Shown here: positions 9,375 to 17,019 of the stretch, piece by piece
Numbering within the stretch: position 1 is the first letter of the stretch
Layout of the letters: every line of letters starts with the position of its first letter
Virus record (IMG/VR): IMGVR_UViG_3300045988_112558
Location: 28,997-92,996 of that record
Length of the DNA: 64,000 nt
DNA from: a virus
Direction: 5' to 3' (one strand)
Made by a program: the position numbers and the translations under genes
The notes under the pieces: model-generated
Told to the model about the DNA's origin: nothing
What the model saw: only the letters and a program-made list of their open reading frames with translations
Databases searched by the model: none

Positions 9375-12339
9375 ATCAGATTGGAAGCCCTCAGAAAATA
9401 TCCTAAAATATTTGAAATCGTGGGAAAAGTTTGAGCCTGAATTATATGACGATAAGAAGGGAAATATAACAATCGGGTACGGATTTCATCTTCCTCATCT
9501 TCTTAAAAAATACAAGAATGGTATAACAGTAGAAGAGGCCGATAAGGAATTTGAAGGTGTAGTTAATACGTTTGTTCCGGAATTTATACGAAGAACTCCT
9601 AATTTCAAGAATCTAAACAATAATCAGCGAGATGCTTTGTTTAGTTTGTTTTACAATACAGGAGGACCAGAGTATTCTAAAAGCCCAATGCTTTTCAAAT
9701 ACCTTAAAGAAGGTGATTATGATAAGGCAGTGAAAGAAATAAATCACAATAAAAACGAGAAAGGTATGGGCGGCCAGAAGAAGCGCCGTGCCTTCGAGCG
9801 CCTGGTGTTCACTACGCCGACAGACCAGCCCTGGACGGTGGATGATGACAGTAACTATGTCTTGATTGAAGATAAGCCTGTAGAGAACGAATCTATAGAA
9901 AAAAATATTAATGATTCAAAGTATGAAGACGCTCGTCATGTAGCCGCAAAATACGGTTATACAGGTTATATAGGTGGAAGATATGACGGAAATAAGGTCA
10001 GGGTATCTGATTCGAATATGAAATCAGTTGGCATATCCAATAACGCTGATCCTGATAAGTGGTATGAATCCGTTAATCCAATATTAGACACTGATCCTAT
10101 TAGTTTAATTGCCGATTTTATTCCTACTGTGAAACGAATGTTGGATCCTAATAGGGAGCGATCCGGAGAAGATACAGCCACAGATTTTGAAGAAAAAATG
10201 TGGAAGGCTTACACGGATGGAGATATAAGTAGATTACCGGCAAGCAAGTATCGTTTTGATGACGATGATGATAATGCTCAGTACGTGGGATTGCCTCAAG
10301 AACAAGCCATTTTGATACAATCTTTATTAGATAAAGAATATATAAACAACATGCTTGACGAGGCATATAAGAATGCTGATGAAAAAAGTAAACTAAAAAT
10401 AAGAGATTACAAGAAGGTCCTTGATAAACTAAATAAAAATATATTTGAAAATCCAGGAAAATGGATTTTAGTAAATGAAGGCGTAAGTCCATTTAGAGAA
10501 GAAGTATATGGTGACAATTTTGAAAAAGTGAACGAAGCTTCCGGATTAGGTGCGTTGAAGAATTTCAGTGTAAGATGGGATCCTGATGCCGGTATGTTAG
10601 ATGTGAAGGATGATTATGATTTTAGTCGAAAGAAGATAGCGGAAGACATCATACCGGAAAGGGATGTCCCTCTTAGAATAAGGGAACGTATCAAATACGA
10701 TCCTAAGAAAGGTAGTGTGCTTCGAAATAATGACAAGGCTTTACCTAAAAGGTTTGTAAGGAAATACGAAGAAGGTGGAGAAGCTAAGTATTGGTGGAGC
10801 AATCCAGACAAGAGAGATGAGGTTATAAAAAGACAAGATGACAATGGGGAGTGGCAAGAAAAGAGGAGGAGATTACTTGAACAAGCTCATTCAGATCTTG
10901 AAAAAGGTGAAATTGATGAGGACGAATTTAGAAGAATAGCCGGGTTTTCAAATAGTGAAATAGGAAATTTGATAATATCCAAAGATGGAAACGGGGAAGA
11001 AATAGGAGCTATTATAAATAATCTTTTAGATTCCATAGATATAGATAAGGTAAAAGAGGGAATTGATGATGCTAAAGAAGAGAGGGAGAACAAGAGCAGG
11101 GAGGATGCTTACCCTTATAAGTTAATGGCCGAATCTTTGCTTACACTTGCGGACGTTGCTTCTTCTACACCAGGAATGCTCAGATTATATAACAAAATGG
11201 GATTAAGGTTGATGCCGATTCTTAAGACAATAGCAGAAAGTAGCAAAATACAAACCATAGCTGGATTGTCTAATGTGGGTGTTGACGGAAGCCAGATTGC
11301 CTTAGATCCAGAAGGAGATAATACTTTTAACTACGCCGGCATACTTGGTGGAGCCGCCGAGGCAATAGGAGGAACGAATGTGATAAGGAATATGTCTTTT
11401 ATGGGAAGATATGGGAATAGGGTAGATGATGTACTTGATATTGCAAATCCTATTATATCAACATTAGGTGTAGTAGATGATGTAAGTAAGATGAAAGAAG
11501 GTGGAGTAATTGGCAAGCAGCGTGAAGCATATGAATACTTTACTAATAAGAGAGGTATGTCCAAGATACAGGCGCTTGCTATCATAGGTAATCTCATGGC
11601 TGAATCCGGTCTTAAAGATGACATATATGGAGACAATAGAACATCATACGGCATACAGCAATGGCATAATGAACGCATGGATAAGTTATTCAAGCATGCC
11701 AAAAAGAAAGGTCATTCTACACCCACATTCAAAGACCAACTTGAGTTCTTGGCTGACGAATACGAAGGGAAAACCGGATATTCTAATTTCTTATACACAA
11801 GAAAAGGAAAAGAAGGACCAGGGTATTACAACTACAGCCGGCAGGATTTTATGAACGCCGATAACCTTAAAGATGCTGTAGTAGCTTGGAACCAAGGAGC
11901 AGGACGTCCTCATAAGAGTGTTATAAGAAATGATGACCGTTATAACTATGCTATGGAAGTTGCTAAAAATCTTGGTTTGGAAATTGAAGAAAATTCCGTA
12001 TCTTCGTATGGCCAAATGGGATTCGGAGATGATGGTGAAATAGCAGCATCGGTAACACTTCCAGAGGTAGAAGTGGCAGCCGCCCTCCCTAACCCAGAAG
12101 CCCCGTCCCAGGAGGGACAGTCCGAGGAAGAGAGATTCCGTACATGGACTGAAACGTATGGTAAGGACATCATAAATCATTTACTGACGTTAGACGGGAA
12201 AAAGGATGGTGATGACAGTGATTATAATATGATGTATAGACAGAATCAAAAAGAAAGCGAAGAGGATAAGAAAATGGCTTTGATTAATGCCGTGCTTCCC
12301 AATATTCAGCTTCGCATTAAAGGCGTCACTGACAATTAG
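9358..12339 (+). CDS. 993-aa lysin with two peptidoglycan-hydrolase domains: an N-terminal GH24 (T4-type) lysozyme domain and a C-terminal lysozyme-like/lytic-transglycosylase-like domain. Probably virion-associated.
   Basis: N-terminus EPELYDDKKGNITIGYGF with NQRDALFSLFYNTG matches the GH24 catalytic E-D-T region. C-terminus IQALAIIGNLMAESGL...SYGIQQWH matches a GNxxxES...GxxQW lysozyme-like motif. The start overlaps the preceding gene by 17 nt. Confidence 0.7.
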   Translation: MAKKNKSDWKPSENILKYLKSWEKFEPELYDDKKGNITIGYGFHLPHLLKKYKNGITVEEADKEFEGVVNTFVPEFIRRTPNFKNLNNNQRDALFSLFYNTGGPEYSKSPMLFKYLKEGDYDKAVKEINHNKNEKGMGGQKKRRAFERLVFTTPTDQPWTVDDDSNYVLIEDKPVENESIEKNINDSKYEDARHVAAKYGYTGYIGGRYDGNKVRVSDSNMKSVGISNNADPDKWYESVNPILDTDPISLIADFIPTVKRMLDPNRERSGEDTATDFEEKMWKAYTDGDISRLPASKYRFDDDDDNAQYVGLPQEQAILIQSLLDKEYINNMLDEAYKNADEKSKLKIRDYKKVLDKLNKNIFENPGKWILVNEGVSPFREEVYGDNFEKVNEASGLGALKNFSVRWDPDAGMLDVKDDYDFSRKKIAEDIIPERDVPLRIRERIKYDPKKGSVLRNNDKALPKRFVRKYEEGGEAKYWWSNPDKRDEVIKRQDDNGEWQEKRRRLLEQAHSDLEKGEIDEDEFRRIAGFSNSEIGNLIISKDGNGEEIGAIINNLLDSIDIDKVKEGIDDAKEERENKSREDAYPYKLMAESLLTLADVASSTPGMLRLYNKMGLRLMPILKTIAESSKIQTIAGLSNVGVDGSQIALDPEGDNTFNYAGILGGAAEAIGGTNVIRNMSFMGRYGNRVDDVLDIANPIISTLGVVDDVSKMKEGGVIGKQREAYEYFTNKRGMSKIQALAIIGNLMAESGLKDDIYGDNRTSYGIQQWHNERMDKLFKHAKKKGHSTPTFKDQLEFLADEYEGKTGYSNFLYTRKGKEGPGYYNYSRQDFMNADNLKDAVVAWNQGAGRPHKSVIRNDDRYNYAMEVAKNLGLEIEENSVSSYGQMGFGDDGEIAASVTLPEVEVAAALPNPEAPSQEGQSEEERFRTWTETYGKDIINHLLTLDGKKDGDDSDYNMMYRQNQKESEEDKKMALINAVLPNIQLRIKGVTDN

Positions 12340-12373
12340 AACAATTATTTTATTTCTCATATTAATAAAGCGA

Positions 12374-12443
12374 AGCCGGATTTGAGACTCGTTATGCGGA
12401 TACCGAAGGTTGAAGAACGATATCAAGATAATCCGGCTTTTTT
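12374..12443 (+). terminator. Terminator-like structure after the lysin gene: a 9-bp stem AGCCGGATT/AATCCGGCT enclosing a 47-nt insert, then a T6 tract.
   Basis: Stem 12374-12382 / 12430-12438, TTTTTT at 12439-12444. The long insert may form internal sub-helices. Confidence 0.5.
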
Positions 12444-12600
12444 GTGCGATTTCGTGAAGGATGGAACTATCATCGCCTTGGTTTAACAGAACAGACCTAC
12501 GTACCTCCACTGTCCTGACGGGCATGGGAGCCCGTCTCGCCTACCAGCCTGCCTAATTCTCCACTGGCTACCTAATATAACTATTAACGTCACTCCATCG

Positions 12601-12623
12601 CCTATCTCCTTTCAGTCGATAGG
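12601..12623 (+). repeat. Hairpin repeat copy 1 (stem CCTATC/GATAGG, loop TCCTTTCAGTC).
   Basis: Hand alignment. The 11-nt loop is near-identical to copies 2 and 3, while the stem differs but still pairs (covariation). Confidence 0.55.
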
Positions 12624-12658
12624 TTCAGTCGTTTTTTAAATGTTATATGTTCTTTCGC

Positions 12659-12679
12659 ATCGTTCCCTTCGGTCACGAT
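12659..12679 (+). repeat. Hairpin repeat copy 2 (stem ATCGT/ACGAT, loop TCCCTTCGGTC).
   Basis: Same loop as copy 3. Stem sequence unrelated but complementary. Confidence 0.55.
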
Positions 12680-12750
12680 ACTCAATCCTTTAACACAATT
12701 AGGCAAACAATACAATAGACGGAAAAAGTAATTTGTTAATCTGTTCACTC

Positions 12751-12775
12751 ACTTAACTCCCTTCGGTCGTTAAGT
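12751..12775 (+). repeat. Hairpin repeat copy 3 (stem ACTTAAC/GTTAAGT, loop TCCCTTCGGTC).
   Basis: 7-bp stem with a loop identical to copy 2. Confidence 0.55.
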
Positions 12776-12999
12776 TCATTCACTGTAAACAATTATATGA
12801 ATAAATGGTAAAGTATATAAAATAATATAAATGATATAATGGGTAAGATCATTGAAAATGGTCTTAATATTAAGGAAAACGGAGACTATTCATAGGCGTA
12901 GTTTTAATTCAAGATTTGTTGTCCCACCACTGACGGTCAGGAGGTTACGTTCAGAGTCGTTTTCCCGTCTCTTATCCAAACCGTCATAAAACAAAAAAA

Positions 13000-13034
13000 C
13001 CTTGTATCCTATTTCTCTCAAACCGGATACAAGG
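13000..13034 (+). promoter_or_regulatory. Perfect 10-bp hairpin (CCTTGTATCC/GGATACAAGG, 15-nt loop) immediately upstream of a promoter. Either a terminator or an operator-like element.
   Basis: Seen directly in the sequence. Followed by CTGTGCATTTTCTTC and the -33 box. Confidence 0.4.
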
Positions 13035-13049
13035 CTGTGCATTTTCTTC

Positions 13050-13080
13050 TTTGAGCGTATGATAAAAAACCATATCTTTG
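13050..13080 (+). promoter_or_regulatory. Bacteroidetes-type promoter (-33 TTTG, -7 TATCTTTG) for the gene at 13100.
   Basis: TTTG at 13050-13053 and TATCTTTG at 13073-13080, 19-nt spacing. An A10 tract lies in the 5' UTR. Confidence 0.55.
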
Positions 13081-13099
13081 CACTAAAAAAAAAACCAAT

Positions 13100-14119
13100 A
13101 TGGACACAAAGTTAAAAGAAATAACAGATCCTCACAAGTTACACGACAAGCTCTTTAAGAAAGAGCAGGTCTCTCCGATAGAAGTTATATACAATAGCTT
13201 CAGCAACTTAGGGTATAATGTAGTACGCCGTCCAGCCGGTCAGTGTTTAGGCAATTTGAGATATTTTAATCTATTTTATGACAAACATACTCATCATTTT
13301 TATCAGAAAGACAGGAAGTTGAGATATTGTAGCAATTTTCTCATATCTGATTATTGGAAAGATAGAGTGCGATGTTTCATAGTTTGGAACTTTGGTTTTG
13401 GAAGATTCTTCCCATACAATGACTTCATAGAGGCTATGGTTTATGACTATCTTCGATATGGGAGAAAGTCAGTTCCTTATTTTAAAAGCGTGCAAGAAGC
13501 TGAAGAAAAGTGTGTAAGGTTCTATATCCGGTCTCAGATAGATATGCTCCGTAAGGAAGGATATGCTGCATACCGGGCTAAGTTTAAGGAAGAACGTCCT
13601 CAGTATTTCATCGGAGACGATAGGACAGTGTTTAGATGCCTTGATAGCTCTTTAAAAAGAGAAGAGAAGATTGCTGCATGCGTAGCTCACAAAAGGGCTT
13701 TAAAAGAAGGGATAATGGCTTCCTTCATCAATCACCTTAAGAAATATCCTACCACCTTGTATTCGTGGTTCTCGTCAGAGGTAGACAGCGAAGGAAAGAA
13801 TAGGATTTGTCTATCTGAAAAAGCCATTAATTATCTTAATAAGAGACTGGTTCGCAATGGATTAAAGGCTCTTTCTGCATCATATCTTTTTAGAACGTTT
13901 AGAAAAATGGTGAAGACCTTGTTCGGTTTCAATGTCAGGTCGTTCTTGAATAGATGTCTGATGTCTGTTTCAACAGAAGAGGTTTTAACCAAATCTATGA
14001 AGAAAGTAGTTTCCAAGACAGTGCTGTTTTTGTACAAGAGAGCGCTTAAGAACTATCGCCGGGCATGCGGTTTTAAGTACGACCCTGATTCGGGCGGTTT
14101 GTCTGTCATACGTCCCTGA
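13100..14119 (+). CDS. Basic, aromatic-rich hypothetical protein (339 aa), possibly nucleic-acid binding.
   Basis: ATG start with an upstream consensus promoter. K/R/F/Y-rich, no recognised motif. Confidence 0.55.
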   Translation: MDTKLKEITDPHKLHDKLFKKEQVSPIEVIYNSFSNLGYNVVRRPAGQCLGNLRYFNLFYDKHTHHFYQKDRKLRYCSNFLISDYWKDRVRCFIVWNFGFGRFFPYNDFIEAMVYDYLRYGRKSVPYFKSVQEAEEKCVRFYIRSQIDMLRKEGYAAYRAKFKEERPQYFIGDDRTVFRCLDSSLKREEKIAACVAHKRALKEGIMASFINHLKKYPTTLYSWFSSEVDSEGKNRICLSEKAINYLNKRLVRNGLKALSASYLFRTFRKMVKTLFGFNVRSFLNRCLMSVSTEEVLTKSMKKVVSKTVLFLYKRALKNYRRACGFKYDPDSGGLSVIRP

Positions 14120-14165
14120 TTTTTAAACGTATCCCATAACGTTGGATTTTCTCGTTCGTTTCTCT

Positions 14166-14173
14166 TATCTTTG
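14166..14173 (+). promoter_or_regulatory. -7 box TATCTTTG upstream of the large-protein operon.
   Basis: TAnnTTTG lies 14 nt before the ATG at 14188. No clean -33 TTTG. Confidence 0.35.
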
Positions 14174-14187
14174 TGAAAAAAGATAGT

Positions 14188-17019
14188 ATGAAATTACGAA
14201 TCATAAAAAATCGTCCGATATTCGCTCCTGGCGGTAGTGTTCAGGATAAGAAACAGGATATTAATGTATCCTCTACTCAGCCTATTCTTGATTATGGAAC
14301 GCCTGTTAATAAATGGGGTGAATCTGATATTCAGAATATATATATGCCTTCTGATGTGACTTTAGAAACAGAGGAGGGTGAGATAAATCCATTTAGCAGT
14401 ATGCTTACATCCGATTCGTTTTTTGAAAACAATGATGCAGGGTATGCAGGATATCTCGCTGATAATAGGGGCATGGTTAAAAACGTAGAGAAATCAGTCG
14501 TTGATAATGCAATGAATGTAGGTGATGCGGATGCTGATTCCTCTAAAGAAAAACGTTCCCAAGATGGTAATCCTCTGGATCCTATGACTACCCCATATTA
14601 TTCACCCGATCTAACCGGCAGAGCTCAAATGTTCGGTACAAGTCTTGGCCGGATAAGAGCCGGTAATAAGGTCGGTGCTAATGTGGCTCAAGCTGCCCTG
14701 TCTGGTGTTAGTTTAGGATTAGGTCTTACCCGTAATATCATGGGAGCTTCATCTGCTGCGTATGCAGCCAGCAGAGACGAGCAGGCAGCGAGGGAAAAAC
14801 TTGCCAAGGAGCGTCGTCAGCAATTCATCAAGTGGGAACGTGAAGGTGGTGGCGTTAACCTTGGAAATGGACAGAGAATAGATACGTCTGATATGACAGG
14901 AGAATACATTTACCCTCTTCCTAAATCTATAGAGGGTAATGCTAATGTTGAGATAGAAAAAGGAGAATACGTTTTGACTCCGGATGATGTTGGTCCTATG
15001 GAGGCAAAAGGTAACAGGCATGAAGACGGCGGCACTTCCGTTGATTTGCCAGAAGCTCATATTATTTCAGATTACCGTACTATCGATGATGATTTCGCTT
15101 CTTACGTAAGGGAAAATTATGGCATTAGAGCTACGGAAAAAGATACGTATGCTACGCTTCTTGATAGGTACAAGAAAAAAATAGGATTGTCCGAAAAGTA
15201 TGATGATCAGGAACGTGTTTTCAAGAGATTGGAAAAGAATAAGGATGTTAAGGATAAAAATACTTCTGAGTTGAATAAGTCCATTCTTTCCAAGTACGTA
15301 AATGATAATCAAAAGGAAATAGACGAACTTGAGGTGCAATTCAGGTCTTTTGCTGATATTGTCTATAACAAACAAGAGGAATCCAAACGCCAAGAAAAGA
15401 TAGATGCTTTCTTTAGAGATGGCGGAAAGGTTGATTTAAATGCCGTAAGAAAGCAGGCTAAGGCTCTTAACGTATCTGAATCTGATGCTAAAAATTGGAT
15501 ATACGATGAGTATGTAAAGAGAGTTAGGAAAATGGCTGAAGGCGGCCCTACCAAAGAGCAAATAGAGTGGGGTAAGAAAGTACAGCAGCTTTTAATGAAG
15601 CAGTTTGGACGTGCTCTTAATATGTCTATAGTGGATGTTGCGGACAGAGAACAGATCCTTAATCCTGATTCTGGTGTAAATTCTAATCAAAATCTGCAAC
15701 ACAGAAGTAGCGCCGGTTATGGTAGGGTAAATAACAAGGCTATTTCTAATTTGCTTGATATTAACCGTTGGGCTAATAAATACAATACGGATGGAGATTT
15801 TAATACAGAAGGATTCCAGACTGGATACAATAGCCAACTAAACAACCTATGGGCTTTGGCAGAATCAGGTGCTATAGCCAATGCCGAAAAAGCCAAGAAA
15901 TTTAGAGACGAATACGGATTTTGGGGAGAAGATGCTGGTAAGTACGACCAAGGAAGTAAATCGGCATATAACTCATTTGCCGTAGATGACAAATTTGGGC
16001 AAACTACGGCAACCAGATCATTTTATGGATTGGATGTAGTTACTCCTGAACAAAAGAGATTGTTGAACGAAAAAGGGATAAAGAATTATGTTGACTTATT
16101 TGGTGATAAATCTGATGCAGCTAAGAAGATTCTGGGTGCCGATTATAATAAGTTTGCTGCTTTAAAAGATAGCGGTTTGATGTCAGAAACAGACTTTATT
16201 TTAGAAGCCGTAAATCCGGCATCAAAACCTATAGAAGCTGAACCTGTAGGAACCGGCGCTAAATCTCCCAACCCAGGTTCTCCAGGCAGGATAGAAGTGA
16301 AGAAAGAAAATCCTGTTGTTAATACTACTGTAGAAACGGAAGCCGAGGAAGAAGATGATACAAACGGAAGAAAAGGTGTCAGTCCTGCTTTATCAGGCCC
16401 TATATTCCCTGAGATGTTGAGGATGCTTGATACTGGATTAGAGATAGAGGGATTGGAAAGGCATCAGGCTCCGAGAATAGATCCTGTTTTGCAATCTGCT
16501 GATCAGTATATCAACGAGCTCAACCGCGCGACATCGGCTCAGTTGGACGCAGTAGGTGACGTGCCCGACTCCCAGCGCTCCGCTATTCTGGCTAATATGA
16601 ACGCCATAGCTGGAAGCAATATAGCCAAGTACATTAACGAAGTAAATTTCAATAACGCAAGGCAAATAAACGAAGCTGATAGATTCAATGAAATGGCTTA
16701 TGTTCAGACAGACGATAAGAACATAGCGGAAAGGCAACGTTATGAATCTGGGTTATTGAAGGCTATGGCTATAAGGGATGAAAATCTTGCTCGTTATTAT
16801 GACAGCATAAACAGTGAGATACAGAATAAGTTCAATGTTCGTACATCATTGAATACCATAGCTTCCATAGCTCCAAATATGAGAATGCTTCCAAGTGGTC
16901 AAATTATTTACGTTCAAGGTAATCAGGATGTGATGAATATGGGTGATTATTCCACACCTTACTTGAGAAGTTTAAATGAAGAAGATGATGAAATTAAAAG
17001 AAGAAGGAGGACCAAATAG
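14188..17019 (+). CDS. Large virion-module protein (about 943 aa), function unknown.
   Basis: Long ORF. The start was moved to the ATG at 14188, because the listed start is a GTG at 14173 that overlaps the -7 box. It is the first gene of an overlapping operon. Confidence 0.6.
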   Translation: MKLRIIKNRPIFAPGGSVQDKKQDINVSSTQPILDYGTPVNKWGESDIQNIYMPSDVTLETEEGEINPFSSMLTSDSFFENNDAGYAGYLADNRGMVKNVEKSVVDNAMNVGDADADSSKEKRSQDGNPLDPMTTPYYSPDLTGRAQMFGTSLGRIRAGNKVGANVAQAALSGVSLGLGLTRNIMGASSAAYAASRDEQAAREKLAKERRQQFIKWEREGGGVNLGNGQRIDTSDMTGEYIYPLPKSIEGNANVEIEKGEYVLTPDDVGPMEAKGNRHEDGGTSVDLPEAHIISDYRTIDDDFASYVRENYGIRATEKDTYATLLDRYKKKIGLSEKYDDQERVFKRLEKNKDVKDKNTSELNKSILSKYVNDNQKEIDELEVQFRSFADIVYNKQEESKRQEKIDAFFRDGGKVDLNAVRKQAKALNVSESDAKNWIYDEYVKRVRKMAEGGPTKEQIEWGKKVQQLLMKQFGRALNMSIVDVADREQILNPDSGVNSNQNLQHRSSAGYGRVNNKAISNLLDINRWANKYNTDGDFNTEGFQTGYNSQLNNLWALAESGAIANAEKAKKFRDEYGFWGEDAGKYDQGSKSAYNSFAVDDKFGQTTATRSFYGLDVVTPEQKRLLNEKGIKNYVDLFGDKSDAAKKILGADYNKFAALKDSGLMSETDFILEAVNPASKPIEAEPVGTGAKSPNPGSPGRIEVKKENPVVNTTVETEAEEEDDTNGRKGVSPALSGPIFPEMLRMLDTGLEIEGLERHQAPRIDPVLQSADQYINELNRATSAQLDAVGDVPDSQRSAILANMNAIAGSNIAKYINEVNFNNARQINEADRFNEMAYVQTDDKNIAERQRYESGLLKAMAIRDENLARYYDSINSEIQNKFNVRTSLNTIASIAPNMRMLPSGQIIYVQGNQDVMNMGDYSTPYLRSLNEEDDEIKRRRRTK

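Noticed and set aside
12374-12443. A 70-nt structured element with a 7-9 bp terminal helix that superficially looks like a tRNA acceptor stem.
   Set aside because: No D, anticodon or T arms with the conserved TTCGA or GG elements could be folded. The helix followed by a T6 tract right after a stop codon fits a terminator with a long loop.
12601-12775. CRISPR array interpretation of the three hairpins.
   Set aside because: The shared part is the loop, not the whole repeat. The stems differ and the spacings are irregular (about 35 and 70 nt). No cas genes are present.
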